IMG/VR virus record: IMGVR_UViG_3300036466_000585
Coordinates: 1-64,000 of that record
Direction: 5' to 3' (one strand)
Source of the DNA: a virus
Length of the DNA: 64,000 nucleotides
The notes under the pieces were generated by a model. That model had not been told where the DNA came from. It saw nothing but the letters and a program-made list of their open reading frames with translations, and made no database searches. Below, in pieces: positions 44,670 to 57,100 of this stretch (position 1 is its first letter; each line of letters opens with the position of its first letter). A program made the position numbers and the translations under genes.

Positions 44670-45569
44670 ATGGAGCTGTATTTCGGCGAGAACGGCGACC
44701 AGCGCATCCGCGGCGACTTCATCCGCCGGGCGGTGCTGCGCTCCGACCTGGTGCCGATACCGCTCACCCTGGAAGCCGAGATCCGCGTCGGTACCGAGAC
44801 CGCCCAGCACTTCGAGGTCGGGCGCTCGATCACCACCTATGACGGCGACGCGCTGGAGATCATCAAGTCCGAGCACGTCCAGCAGGCGCGCATGCAGGGC
44901 GACGACCTGTCCGGCTATGTGAGGCTGATCGCCACCCTGAAGCCAGTGACGCCTGTGGCGTTCATCAAGCCCCGGGCGGTGATCAAGCACGGCGCCACCC
45001 TGGCCGAGGTCTACCGCGCGTGCGGGGCCACGCTGCGCGGCATCGAGGGCGACTTCGCGGTACCGCGCTTCGTCTGCCTGGCCGGCGAGGCCCACACCTA
45101 TCACATCGCTCGCGCCCTGCAGGAGGCGGGCGGCGTCGTCAGGTGGCGAAACGGCCGCCTGGCGTTCATCCCGCTGGGATCGCTGTTCGACCAGGAGCCG
45201 GTGGACACCATCGTCGACTCCGCCTCCGATGACGTGGAGTCCGGCTTTCTTGAGCGCCACGACATCCCGTGGTTCTACAGCCTGAATGCCGATGGCGAAT
45301 TCGTGTATGGCAATCGCGGCAAGCCGCGTGCGGCGCGCTTCCAGCCCGGCGCCAACGCGATGACGCTGCGCAATATGACGGGCTGCCTGGTGCTGACCAA
45401 GGTCACGCGCCTGAAGTACACACAGAGGATCGCCGCCGGCGACCTGATTGAGGTCGTGGGCGGGGAGCCGCTGGTGGCCATGACGGTCGCCAACCTGTTC
45501 GCGCCCGGGGCCGATGGCGACGCCCCGGAGCAATTCACCCGCGTATGGCTGGGGAGGTGGGAGCGGTGA
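44670..45569 (+). CDS. Baseplate hub protein (P1 gp6-like)
   Basis: 'LRSDLVPIPLTLE'; directly upstream of the spike gene. Confidence 0.6.
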   Translation: MELYFGENGDQRIRGDFIRRAVLRSDLVPIPLTLEAEIRVGTETAQHFEVGRSITTYDGDALEIIKSEHVQQARMQGDDLSGYVRLIATLKPVTPVAFIKPRAVIKHGATLAEVYRACGATLRGIEGDFAVPRFVCLAGEAHTYHIARALQEAGGVVRWRNGRLAFIPLGSLFDQEPVDTIVDSASDDVESGFLERHDIPWFYSLNADGEFVYGNRGKPRAARFQPGANAMTLRNMTGCLVLTKVTRLKYTQRIAAGDLIEVVGGEPLVAMTVANLFAPGADGDAPEQFTRVWLGRWER

Positions 45570-46036
45570 GTGCGACCGGAGGCGGCCTGCTGGCCGGGAA
45601 GTGGCCGGCGGTGATCACGGCCTACGACGGAGACACTCGCACCTGCGAGGTCAGCATCCCGGGCATCACCGACGGTGCCGAGGGCGGGCTGATCGCCGAG
45701 ATCGAGTATCCCATCGGCGACAAGTCGCGCCACGAGACCATGACCGAGATCGAGGTGCTGGCCGGCGACAAGGTGTGGGTGGAGTTCATACAAGGTGATC
45801 CGCGCCACCCGCTGATCACCGGCTGGCGAAACCCGACGACCGGCAACTCCATCGGCTGGCGGCGTTGGCACAAGGAGAACATGCAGCTGCTCACCGATGC
45901 CGAGATGCGCCTGCAGTCCGGCGGTCTGGTGCACGTCAGCGCCAAGGACAGCATCACGCTGCAGGTGGGCAGCTCAACCATCACTCTGACGCCAGATGAC
46001 ATCACGCAGCTGGCGAGCATGATCAACCTGAACTGA
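45566..46036 (+). CDS. Baseplate spike (gpV/gp5-like OB fold)
   Basis: 'GDKVWVEFIQGDPRHPLITG' plus beta-helix tail. Confidence 0.8.
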   Translation: MSATGGGLLAGKWPAVITAYDGDTRTCEVSIPGITDGAEGGLIAEIEYPIGDKSRHETMTEIEVLAGDKVWVEFIQGDPRHPLITGWRNPTTGNSIGWRRWHKENMQLLTDAEMRLQSGGLVHVSAKDSITLQVGSSTITLTPDDITQLASMINLN

Positions 46037-46049
46037 CAAGGAGGCCGCC

Positions 46050-46529
46050 ATGGCTGCCAATCTCCTTTTCTCCTTCGATGACCTGACCCGCAAGGACAAG
46101 GCCGTCAAGGAGATCGAAAAGCACTTCAAGCGCGCCGGCGCCAACCCGGTGAGCGTCGACGTCGACTCCCGCGTCAAGCGCACCAGCGGCGTCAGCTACC
46201 GCGAAATCAGCCTGACCTTCTCCGACAGCCAGGTGGTCAAGCTGCGCATCAAGCGCCCGGGTGACATCTTTCAGGTCATGCTCAACCGAAAGGTCATGCC
46301 GATGGCCAACCAGGACGATCACACCAAGGCCATCGGCGAGATCGTGCAGGCCATGGACCGGGGCCGGACGGCCTTTCAGAAGCGTCTGGCCAAGGCCAAG
46401 GTGAAGCTGCCCAAGCGCATGAAGACGGCGGCCCCGCGCATGGAGAAGCGACTCGAGGAGAAGCGCGACGCCCTCAGGGAAGCCGTGGAAGACGCTCGCC
46501 AGCAGCTCGCCGAGCTCACGGCGGCCTAA
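46050..46529 (+). CDS. Hdf-like (DarA N-terminal homolog) protein
   Basis: 'KRTSGV...FSDSQVVKLRIK..GDIFQVMLN.KVMP'. Confidence 0.6.
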   Translation: MAANLLFSFDDLTRKDKAVKEIEKHFKRAGANPVSVDVDSRVKRTSGVSYREISLTFSDSQVVKLRIKRPGDIFQVMLNRKVMPMANQDDHTKAIGEIVQAMDRGRTAFQKRLAKAKVKLPKRMKTAAPRMEKRLEEKRDALREAVEDARQQLAELTAA

Positions 46530-46538
46530 GGAGGCTCC

Positions 46539-46829
46539 ATGCCAGCGGTCACGAGGCAGGGCGACAGCTGCACCGGTCACGGGTCATTCCCGCCGCGCAA
46601 CAGCACGAGCGGCAGCCCCGACGTCATGGTCAACGGCATCCCGGCCCACCGCGTGGGCGATGGCTGGGCCACGCACTGCAACGACGTGCCGGTCTGCCAC
46701 GGTGGCGCTTTGGCAGCCGGGTCGGGCAGCGTCAACGTCAACGGCAAGCCCCTGGGGCGAATCGGCGACCCCGTGGATTGCGGTTCCGCCGTGGCGGCCG
46801 GCTCCGGCGACGTGTTTGCCGGCGGCTAG
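46539..46829 (+). CDS. PAAR spike-tip protein
   Basis: MPAVTRQGD.CTGH...NGIPAHRVGD...NGKPLGRIGD..CG. Confidence 0.9.
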   Translation: MPAVTRQGDSCTGHGSFPPRNSTSGSPDVMVNGIPAHRVGDGWATHCNDVPVCHGGALAAGSGSVNVNGKPLGRIGDPVDCGSAVAAGSGDVFAGG

Positions 46830-46852
46830 GCCCGCTACAGAGCCCGGCGCGG

Positions 46853-46896
46853 CCAGGAAAAGCCGACCCGGCCCACCCCTCCCCCTCCCATAGCAT
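46853..46896 (+). promoter_or_regulatory. Candidate late promoter 5 (dar operon)
   Basis: GGAAAA 46856-46861, 29 nt, TAGCAT 46891-46896. Confidence 0.75.
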
Positions 46897-46949
46897 GGCC
46901 CCATGACGCGCCCGACGTGGCGCCATCCCGCAACCATAGGGGCTATGCC

Positions 46950-49900
46950 ATGACTGGAACCTCACCGCCCGTTCTGTGGAACGACAGTAGCGCCATGCCG
47001 GTGGGCATGTCGCTGGATCAACTGCTGTACCGCATCCGGCGCTCCGACGCCGACGACGGCCTGATCTTCGACAGCGTGACGCTCGACGACATTCTGGAGG
47101 AGGCCGAGGCCGTCTTCGAGCTGGATGCTCTGGTCGCCACCCAATCCAGCCTGGGACGCAAGGTGCGCAGCCTGGAGCGCGTCATGTCGGCCGGCGGTGG
47201 CGAGCTGGAGGTCGTGGCCTCTCAGGTGTCCAGCCCCTTCAAGCGCCAGGGCGTGGTCAACGTCGCCGCCATCTTCGAGCTGAGCGACGGCCAGACCGTG
47301 ACCGTCATGTTCCACAACCCCGACGCCGGTACCGCGAAGTCGCTGAAGCCCACCGACGAGCTCATCAGCTGGAAGTGGCTGCTCAACAAGAAGGACATCA
47401 CCATCGTGGTGGCCCCGGAGCGCGGCAGCGACCTGCCGATTCGCCAGGTGGCGAAGCGCATCATGAAACTGGCCGAGAAGAACTCCAAGACCTTCGCGCG
47501 CATGAACCAGAAGCGTGCCGAGCGGCTGGAGTACATCGAAGGCCTGAAGGGCGAGATCGGCGAGCTGGAAACCGAGCTCGACGGCCTGACCCGACAGATC
47601 GAGATTGCCCGGATTGAGGCCGAGGACAAGGCGCTGAACACGCCCAAGCCGCTGACCAAGCAGGAAGGCCTCGACATGCTGGACGAGCTGCGCCCCTGGC
47701 TGTCTCGCCAGCAGTACCGGGCCATGGCCGACGTCATCCGCAAAGGCGAGGAGTCCGAGGCCTACATCGACCGCGCGCAGGTGCTGGCCAACATCATCGA
47801 CGGCATGGCCAAGACCTATGAGCAGGACGGCAAGGAAATGGGCGAGACCACCGCCTACCTGCACTACTTTCGCGGCGGCGGCGACTGGTACATCACCGAG
47901 AAGGACGCCAAGGGCGACGGTACCGAGCAGGCCTTCGGTTGGGCCGACCCTGGATTGGGTCATGGCGAGCTCGGCTACATCGGCGTCGATGAGCTGACCG
48001 ATGCCGGCGTGGAGCTCGACCTGTACTTCGAGCCCAAGCCGCTGAGCCAGGCGGTGAGTGAAGGCGAGGAAGGCAGCTCGGAGCAGGAGGCCGGGGGCTT
48101 CCCGGATGCCGCCGATGCGCCCGGTGCCCTTCCTCAAGATCCGCAGACCGCTGGCGACTTCGCGCGCATCATCGCGGCCGGCGATGAGGCCAAGGAGCGC
48201 TACCAGGATCAGCTCGACAGCTTCTTCCAGGGTCGCGTCATCGAGGTTCGCAACGCCCTTCGTGAGCTGGGCTGGGGCGGCGAAAGCTACGGCGACCTGT
48301 CGAAGGGCGACGTCGCGCTAGTGGTCAACACCGAAAGCGTCGGCGCCGGCGGCAACGTGGTGGGTATGAACTACACGCTCTCTGGGGTTGCTGGCTTCTT
48401 CATGAGCGATTCTCTGGACCTGACCCCTGAGGAGCTGGCGGAGCGTATCGACCTGGGGGTCACGAGTCGCGACAACAACGCCGCGGCCCGCCGCGAAGCG
48501 GCCGAGGCCACCATCGCCGGCTGGAAGGCGTCGCTCGCCGCCGGCGAGGCGCCGAGCCAGGTCGATGCCGAGGCGTGGGCGGCCTTCCAGAAGGCTTACC
48601 CGATTCAGGCGGCGGCCGTTAAGAACACGCTCTCCGAGCAGATTGGCTGGGAGCGCTTCGTGGAGCTGACCGAGGGCGAGCCGCCCGCCGAGCCCACCGG
48701 AAAGGACACGCCGACCGGCGTCAACGAAGACGGCGAGCTCGAGCCCGAAGGCGCCGAGAACGTGGTCAAGACCGCCAAGGGCTCCGAGGTGCAGACCGGC
48801 TTTACCGTGGTCGAGGCCGATGAGCTGATCGCCTCCCATGACATCAATGGTGACCCCAATCCCGCCTTCCCGACCGAGCTCCAGCCCCGCGACCGCGGGC
48901 GCGATGCGTCCATCGCCTGGGTCAAGAAGACCGCCCGCCAGCTGGATCCGGACAGCCTGGGGCGCACGCGCCGCGCCGACACCGGGGCGCCCATCGTCGG
49001 CCCGGATCGCGTCGTGGAGTCCGGCAACGGCCGCACCATGGCCATTCAGGAGGCGTACCGCAGCGGCAACGCCGACGAGTACCGCGACTGGCTGATCGAG
49101 GAGGCGCACCACTACAACCTGGATGCCGGCCGCGTGCGCGCCATGAAGGCGCCCGTGCTCGTGCGCGTGCGCACGTCCGCGCTCGATCGCCGGGAGTTCG
49201 CCGTCGAGGCCAACCAGGACGACAAGCTGAGCATGACCGGTACCGAGAAGGCCAGGGCCGACGCCGACCGCCTGGACGAGGGGCTGGTCGCCAAGCTGGC
49301 CGATGACGGCAACCTGCTGGCCGCGTCCAACCGCGACTTCATCAACGGCTTCCTGCAGTCCCTGGGCGACACCGAGGCCGCCCAGTACATGACCAGCGAC
49401 GGCAACCCCACCGGGGCGCTGATCGCGCGCATTCAGGCCGCCATCTTCGCCAAGGCCTACAACGACGAGCGCCTGCTGGAAATGACCGCCGACGCCAGCA
49501 AGCCGGAAGTGGCCAACGTGGTCAACGCCCTCAACGTGGCCGCGCCGGAGTTCATTCGCGCGCAGGCCGCCGACCAGGCCGGTACCGACGCGCTGACCAA
49601 CCAGCTGGTGGATAGCGTCGAGGTCTCGCTGAACGAGCAGGCGGTGCAGGCCATCATCGACGCCACCAACCTGGTGCGCCGCGCCAAGGCGGACGGGTCG
49701 AGCGTCGAGGAGATGGTCAACCAGATGGGGCTGTTCGGCGACATTCCGCCGGCCACCTCCGCCATGGCCCTGTTCATCAACCAGAACAATCGCAGTGCCA
49801 AGCGCCTGGGGCTGGCCTTCAAGGCCATGGCCGAGTTCGTGCGCCAGGAAGCCGAGCGCGGCCAGACCGTGGACATGTTCGGCGAGGGCCAGCAGGCCAC

Positions 49901-51143
49901 CCTCGAGCAGATCATCGATGCCGCCAACCGGGAGCTGGAGAAAGAGTACGGCGAGGGCAGCTACGCCATCGAGTCGCTGGACATGTTCAGCGCGCCTCCG
50001 GCCGAAGCTCCCGCCGGTGACGGCCAGCCGAACGAGGACGATATCGAGCAGGCCCGCCAGGCCACCGATACCGAGCCGACCGAGGCGGAGAAGGAGAGCG
50101 GCGAGTACGCCAAGGGCGAGGTCGAGATCCACGGCCTGACGGTAGCCATCGAGAACCCCAAGGGCAGCGAGCGTTCGGGCACCACGCAGGAAGGCGAGGC
50201 GTGGTCGGTCTCGATCGCTCACGATTACGGCTACATCAAGGGCACCAAGGGCGCCGACGGTGATGAGGTCGACGTGTTCATCGGCCCCGACCTGGAGAGC
50301 GAGCGCGTGTTCGTCATCAACCAGGTCGGCAAGGACGGCGAGCTGGACGAGCACAAGGTGATGCTGGGCTTCGCCACCAGAGAGGACGCCGAGCAGGGCT
50401 ACCTGTCCAGCTACCGCGCCGGCTGGGACGGGCTGGGCAGCACGCAGGAGATGAGCGTCGACGAGCTCAAGGCCTGGCTGCCGAGCGCCGCGGAGGGCAA
50501 GCCCGCGGCCGCCGAGGATCCTGCCGAGGAGGCGCCCGTCGCCGACCCGCTGGAGCAGGCCCGGGCCGTCACCCAGCGCGACGAGTTCGCCTCGCTGACC
50601 CGCGACTTCACGCGCTCGCTGGCCACCATCAAGGGCATCGATGCCGGCACCATGCCGGGCATGGAGCGCTCGCTGTTCGTCAACTCGATCACCGGCAAGA
50701 TCAAGACCCGCGCCAAGCGCGACCCGCTGATGGCCGGCGCGCTGCTGGCCTGGCTGGCCGAGCAGCAGAAGGACTGGGACAAGCCGGCCGTCACCGCGCG
50801 AAATGCCGTGTGGAAGGCTGCCGACGACTGGGAGGCATACCGCCCCCTGTTCAACCGTGACGCCGCGCCCAGCGGCGGCCAAGAGGCCGGCGAAGGCGAG
50901 GGCGGCGCAACCCCCGAGCCCGCCGCGCCGGAAAGCGAGGAGGAGGCCATGCGCCGCAACGACCGCCAGTTCCTGCAATCCGTGATCGACGGCACGGTGC
51001 CCGACATGCTGTCCCCCGACCTGGCCGACCGGATCCTGGCCGTCATGGAGCGCCAGTCCGGCGACGCCGAGATGGAAGACCTGATCGAACGCGCGGGCGC
51101 CGCCTATGAGCGCGCCATGCTGTCCGCCACCGAAGACCTGTAA
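46950..51143 (+). CDS. DarA-like polyvalent protein (DarA-type N-terminus, DUF2958-like, DdrB-like ParB and InPase domains)
   Basis: 'ELSDGQTVTVMFH...WLLNKKDIT'; 'LHYFRGGGDWYITE...ELGYI'; 'LQPRDR...GAPIV...VESGNGR'; 'IENPKGSERSG...DYGYIKGTKGADGDEVDVF...DEHKVMLGF'. Confidence 0.75.
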   Translation: MTGTSPPVLWNDSSAMPVGMSLDQLLYRIRRSDADDGLIFDSVTLDDILEEAEAVFELDALVATQSSLGRKVRSLERVMSAGGGELEVVASQVSSPFKRQGVVNVAAIFELSDGQTVTVMFHNPDAGTAKSLKPTDELISWKWLLNKKDITIVVAPERGSDLPIRQVAKRIMKLAEKNSKTFARMNQKRAERLEYIEGLKGEIGELETELDGLTRQIEIARIEAEDKALNTPKPLTKQEGLDMLDELRPWLSRQQYRAMADVIRKGEESEAYIDRAQVLANIIDGMAKTYEQDGKEMGETTAYLHYFRGGGDWYITEKDAKGDGTEQAFGWADPGLGHGELGYIGVDELTDAGVELDLYFEPKPLSQAVSEGEEGSSEQEAGGFPDAADAPGALPQDPQTAGDFARIIAAGDEAKERYQDQLDSFFQGRVIEVRNALRELGWGGESYGDLSKGDVALVVNTESVGAGGNVVGMNYTLSGVAGFFMSDSLDLTPEELAERIDLGVTSRDNNAAARREAAEATIAGWKASLAAGEAPSQVDAEAWAAFQKAYPIQAAAVKNTLSEQIGWERFVELTEGEPPAEPTGKDTPTGVNEDGELEPEGAENVVKTAKGSEVQTGFTVVEADELIASHDINGDPNPAFPTELQPRDRGRDASIAWVKKTARQLDPDSLGRTRRADTGAPIVGPDRVVESGNGRTMAIQEAYRSGNADEYRDWLIEEAHHYNLDAGRVRAMKAPVLVRVRTSALDRREFAVEANQDDKLSMTGTEKARADADRLDEGLVAKLADDGNLLAASNRDFINGFLQSLGDTEAAQYMTSDGNPTGALIARIQAAIFAKAYNDERLLEMTADASKPEVANVVNALNVAAPEFIRAQAADQAGTDALTNQLVDSVEVSLNEQAVQAIIDATNLVRRAKADGSSVEEMVNQMGLFGDIPPATSAMALFINQNNRSAKRLGLAFKAMAEFVRQEAERGQTVDMFGEGQQATLEQIIDAANRELEKEYGEGSYAIESLDMFSAPPAEAPAGDGQPNEDDIEQARQATDTEPTEAEKESGEYAKGEVEIHGLTVAIENPKGSERSGTTQEGEAWSVSIAHDYGYIKGTKGADGDEVDVFIGPDLESERVFVINQVGKDGELDEHKVMLGFATREDAEQGYLSSYRAGWDGLGSTQEMSVDELKAWLPSAAEGKPAAAEDPAEEAPVADPLEQARAVTQRDEFASLTRDFTRSLATIKGIDAGTMPGMERSLFVNSITGKIKTRAKRDPLMAGALLAWLAEQQKDWDKPAVTARNAVWKAADDWEAYRPLFNRDAAPSGGQEAGEGEGGATPEPAAPESEEEAMRRNDRQFLQSVIDGTVPDMLSPDLADRILAVMERQSGDAEMEDLIERAGAAYERAMLSATEDL

Positions 51144-51155
51144 GGAGACCCAAGG

Positions 51156-54100
51156 ATGAAGCCTATCTACGACGATGCCTCTGCCGGTGGCGGCGCTCAG
51201 GCGATGATGGCCCGGCTCAAGCTGGTGTCCGAGCTGGGCCGCGTGCGCAAGGAGCTTATCGCCCTGCCGCAAGGCATCGCCGCCATGGCGCAGCGCCTGA
51301 CGCTGGTCAAACGGGCCAACGAGATTCGCACCGAGCTCAAGGCGGCCACCCTGGCCGCCGACCCGAGCAAGGCGATGAAGGCCGAGCGCGACCCGCCCGA
51401 GCCCGTCGAGACGCCGCGACAGCCCACGGCAGGGCTGTACAGCCACGACGAGAAGCGCACCAAGGGGCAGCGCCAGAAGGCCAACAACGCCGCCGTTGAG
51501 CTGCTGGCCCGCATCCAGTCCGGCGAGACCTCCCGCGAGGAGCTGACCGACGAGGATCGCGCCGTGCTGGCCGGCTACTCCGGTAACGGCGGCGCCCTGG
51601 TCGGCGCCGACGGCAAGAAGGGGTCGGCCTACGAGTATTACACGCCCAAGCCGATTGCCGAGGGCATCTGGGACGCCCTGGGCGCGATGGGCTTCAGCGG
51701 TGGCAAGATTCTCGACCCGGCGGCCGGTACCGGCGTGTTCGGCGCCACGGCGCCGCGCCATGCCGCCGTGGATGCCGTGGAGCTCGACGAGACGTCGGGC
51801 ACCATCAACGCCCTGGTCAATGCCGGCCCCGGCTACACGGCCACGGTGTCGCCCTTCGAGGCCGTGGCGGCGGCCACCCCCGACGAGAGCTATGACGCCG
51901 TGGTGACCAACGTGCCGTTCGGCACCGTGGCCGACCGTGGTGGCAATCAGAACCTGGACCCCAAGTACCAGAAGGAGACCCTGGAGGCCTACTTCATCCT
52001 GCGCTCCCTGGACAAGCTGAAGCCCGGCGGCCTGGCCGCCTTCGTGGTGCCGCCGCGCTGCGTGTCGGGCCGGGGCGGTGCCGAGGTCAAGCTACGCCAG
52101 CGGGCCAGCCTGAAGGCCGAGTTCCTGGGCGCCTACCGGTTGCCCAACAGCGTGTTCGGCGCCGCCGACGCGGACACCATCACCGACGTCATCTTCTTTC
52201 GCAAGTACGGCCGCGACGCCGCCGAAAAGATCGAGGAGCTACACGAGCAGGCGCCCGAGACCCTGGCCGAGGCCAAGGTCATGTGGGGCGAGTTCGTCGA
52301 GGGGCGCTACTTCAAGGGCGAGGGCCGGCGCTTCGTGCTCGGCGAGTTCGTGCCCAAGGACCCCGAGAAGTTCCGCGACGTCGATCGCGTCAAGAACCCG
52401 GCCAGCGTCCCCGAGGTGGCCAAGCTGATTCGCCGCCTGCCGGGCAGCCGCGTCGACTGGACGCTGCTGGAGGCCGCCGAGACCCAGCCCATCATCTACC
52501 ACGAGGGCGACACCCTGACCCAGGCCGGCCAGACCCTGCAGCTGCAGGACGGCCAGTGGGTGCCGCTGGAGGCCGGCAGCCGCGACGTGCGCGGCGCCGA
52601 ACTGCTGGGGCAGTTCAAGGACGCCTACACCGCCTTCGACGCCGGCATGGGCTATGACGATGCGCTGACCCTGCGCCAGTACATGCGCGATACCTCCCAG
52701 AGCCTGGACATGCCGGCCTGGCTGGCGTCGGCGCTGGCCACCCTGGACAAGCTGCCCGACGACGATGCCCGCGCCCGCGCGTGGACGCCCGGCCTGGTGG
52801 GCCTGGCCGTGTCTCAGGTGCTGGACGAGAGCGGGCGGGGCAGCGGTACCGACTTCTTGTCCGGCTACGCCAAGCTCTCCGAGGCAATGAAGCGCCAGGC
52901 GGCCGCCGCGCGGCGGGTCAAGGGCGTGGACGGCGAGCTGCGTCGCGGCCTGGGCGAGCTGGCCGCCCACTACCAGCGAAAGGCCGGCTTCAGCGCGCTG
53001 TGGCGTGGCGACGTGCAGGAGGCGCCCGCCGTGCAGGTGAGTGCCGAGCACGGCTTCGAGGGCCTGCTGTACGAGAATCAGTCGAGCTGGGTCAGCCTGG
53101 AGCAGGCGCGCACCGTGCTGGGCGACGGCTTCGACCCGTTCGCCAACGACGACTGGTGCGTGTCCGCCGACGGCAGCCAGGTGAGCCGTGCCGACGACTA
53201 CTACGTGGGCAGCTACGGCGAGTTCGTGAAGCGCATCGACGCCGAGATGGCGGCGGCACCCAACGACAAGGTGCGCGCCAAGCTGATGCGCCAGAAGGCG
53301 GTTGCCGCCGAGCGCATCGACCGCGTGGACGTGTCGCGTATCAGCTTCAACCTGTTCAGCCCCTACGTCACCCTCGAGGAGAAAGCCGAGTTCCTGCGTC
53401 GCTTCGTGCACCCCGGGGCGGTGGTCACCTTCGACGACAAGACCAGCGAGCCGCGCATCGAGTTCGACATCCCGGGCAGTCAGCTGACTGACCGCGAGAA
53501 GCTGATCCGCCGCATCGGCGCCTACCTGAAGAACGGCACCATCACCCTGGGCGGCACCAAGCTGGACATGGGGGACGCCGAGGGCATCCGCGAGCTGCGC
53601 GCCTTGGTCAACAAGGCCAACGAGCAGTTCAACGGCTGGGCGCGGGGCAACGCCAACGTGGTGTCGAGGCTGGAGAGTCAGGCCAACGACCCGGAGAAGC
53701 TGCGCTTCGCCCAGCCCGAGGACGAGAGCCCGCTGGCCATCCCGGGCATGAATCCCGAGCTCGAACTGCACGGCTACCAGAACGCCTACGTGCGCTCCCG
53801 CGCGCGCGACTTCTCCGGCATCAACGGCTTCGACGTGGGGCTGGGCAAGACCTTCACCGCTTTGGCGGTGGCCCAGTACGTGCAGTCCATCGGCGCCAAG
53901 AAGAAGACCGTCTTCGTGGTGCCCAACTCCGTGCTGTCGAACTGGCAGAAGGAGAGCGCCAAGGCCTACGCCAGCACCGATGACTGCCTCTACGTGGGGC
54001 TGCGCGACGGCCGCGTGGATTCGTCGGCCTACGACGAAGACCTCAACCGCATCATGGAGAACCGCCACAGCAAGATCTTCATGACCATGGAGGCCTTCGA

Positions 54101-57100
54101 GCGGATCCGGCTGCGCGACGACACCATCACCGGCTACGAGTCCTACATGCGCAGCGCCGACCAGTCCTTCGCCGAGAGCGAGGACCGCAAGGCCGACGAA
54201 CGCGCCAAGGGCAAGGCGGCGACCATCGTCGACGTGCTGGGCAAGAAGGACGGCGCCGCCCCCTTCCTGGAAGACATGGGCATCGACTCGCTGGTGATCG
54301 ACGAGGCCCACGTGTTCAAGAACTCGGCAACCACCGTCGACTTCAAGGGCGGCAAGTACCTGTCGCAGTCGCCGGCGTCCAAGCGCGGCCTCGACGCGCA
54401 GGCCAAGGCCTGGGCCATCCGCGGCGGCAGCGGCGCCCGGGGCGATGGCGTCATGCTGCTGACCGCCACGCCCATCACCAACAGCCCGCTGGAGATCTAC
54501 TCCATGATGGCCCTGGCCGTGGGCCACGACCGCGTGAACGACATGTTCATCGGCACATCGGGCGCCGACGGCTTCATGAACACCGTGTGCCAGATCGAGA
54601 ACGAGGACGACGAGTCCATCGACGGCGAGAGCCGGGCCATCAACGTGTTCAAGGGGCTCAACAACGTCGAGATGCTGCGCGGCGCCATGCGCCAGGTGGC
54701 TACCATCAAGAACGCCGATGACGTCGGCAGCCAGATCAAGGTGCCGGACGCCCCGGAGCGGGCCAGCAGCATCCAGCTGCCGGAGGCGACCGTGGTGCGG
54801 CTGGAGGAGTACAAGCAGGCCTATCGCTATGCCGCCGACGCCATGGCGGAGCGAGGCGAGAACCGCGGCGACGCGGCATCCTTCGAGCGCATCGCCGGCA
54901 AGTTCGGCGAGCCCATGGAGCTCATCGGCCACCCCTTCAACCTGATCAACAAGATGACCATGCTCATCGCCGACCCCGACCTCGATGCCCGGGTGTCGCG
55001 CTATGTGATCAACGACGGCGAGGAGGAGCAGGCCCGCGCCCTGGTGGAGCAGTGGAACGCCAAGCCGCCCACCGAGCAGCGCACCCGCCCCGGGCCCAAT
55101 GCCACGGCAGAGGAGGCGGTCAGCGTGAAGACCATCCGCGACGCCAATCGCGAGGTGGTCGGCCGCCAGTACAAGATGCCGGTCAAGGCCTGGGTCGAGA
55201 ACGGCGCCGTCGTGCTCGACACCGTAAGCTCGGACACGCAGGACCGCTTCGAGGCCATGGCCGACAAGGCCGGCGTCGAGCTCGACGTCTCGGTACCGCC
55301 CAAGCTGGCCGCCATGCTCGAGAACTTCCAGACCGAGGCGGCGACCCCGCGCGGCGTGGATGCCGAGGGCAACCGCATCCCGCACGCCAAGCAGATCATC
55401 TTCTGTGACCTGCTGGGACTTCACAACAAGATCCGCCGGCTGCTGACTCGCCGGGCCGGCGTGCCGGCATCGGCCATCGCCGTCGTCACCGGGCAGCGCA
55501 ACAACAGCCCGGAGGAGATCATGGAGGTGCAGGACGGCTTCAACGCCCCGGGCGAGGCCAACAAGTACCGCGTGATCATCGCCAACGAGAAGGCGGAAGT
55601 CGGCATCAACCTGCAGAAGGGCACTCAGGCCATCCACCACCTGACCATCGGCTGGACGCCGGACAGCCTGACCCAGCGCAACGGTCGCGGCGTGCGCCAG
55701 GGCAACAAGACCGAGCAGGTCACGGTCTACCACTACGACGCCGACGGCACCTTCGACACCGCCAAGCGCTCCCTGGTCAACAGCAAGGCGGACTGGATTG
55801 GCGCCATGATGAAGCCCGACGGCGGCGACAGCCTGGCCATCAGCGGCGGCATGAGCCGCGAGCAGATGGAGGCGCTGATCGATGTCGTGGGCGATGCCGA
55901 TGCCGTGACCCGCATTCAGGAGGCGATGGCCGCCAAGGAGGCCGAGCGCCGGGCCACGACCAACCGCGAGCGTCAGCGCATCAACCTGGACACCATCGAC
56001 AAGCAGAACCAGTTCCTGGCCGACAACGAGCAGGCCAGCGACTGGGTGGCGCGCAAGATGGGTCAACTGCTGAGCGCCATGGGGCAGACCGAGAAGGTCC
56101 GCAAGCGGCTGTCGCGCCCCAAGATGAGCGAGTCGGCCCGCGCCAAGAACGAGGGCCTGCTGGCCGAGCTGGAGGTCAAGGAGCGCGGCCTGCAACGCCA
56201 GATCGAGGAGGCGGCGACCTTCCATCGGGCCAGCTACAACTACCAGACCCGCCAGAACGAGCGCAGCGGCGACGCCCCGCTGAGCCCGCGCGAGGTGGTG
56301 ACCACCTTCCTGGATCGCGCCAAGCGCGGCGAGAATCGCGCGTCCGACCTGGTGGAGGCCTTGCGCCGGGGGCGGCTGGGCTTCGGGGCCGTCGATATCG
56401 ATGTCGACCACGAGTCGGAGCTGGTCAACGAGTGGGAGTCCGAGGTCGACATGGCGCGCCAGATGCGCCGTCAGGCGGTGGAGAGCTACCAGCGCCAGGC
56501 CAAGGAGGCCGGCGGCCTGCCCGATGGCGTGGCCGAGGCCTTCGAGGCCGGCAACGGCGTGCTGGTGGGCGACCAGCCGGTGATCGCCGAATGCTTCGTG
56601 CTGGCCGACGGCGAGCTGTTCGTGGTCGGTCGCGGCGGCCTGTCCGACTTCCGTCCCGGGGCCACGGCCGTGGTGAACGGTCGCGAGCGTCGCGCCCTGC
56701 TGTATGCCCTGGTGCCGGTGGGCGAGATCGTCTACCCGGGATCCGCCAAGTACGAGGAGTGCCTGACCCGGGCCGCGGCCATCGAGGACGCGGCGGAGCG
56801 CGCCGGCGAAACGCTCAACACCTACTCCACGGCCTGCCCGGCGGTGGCCACGCGCCGCGAGACCGACGTATCGGCCGCCTACTCGAGCTATACCTATTCG
56901 CTGCCGGCCCCGCACTTCCCGCTGGCGGTACGCGCCGAGGAAGTGCCGGCGGGGTCCGAGGTGCTGGCCAGGATCGTGGAGGAGCAGAAGGCCGTCATCA
57001 AGCGCTGGGAGGGGTCCGACTTCGTGGTCGGCAACGACGTCGAGGTGGTTCGCGACCGCCCGGCCAAGGCGGAGGCGCTGCGCGACTACGCCATTGCCCA

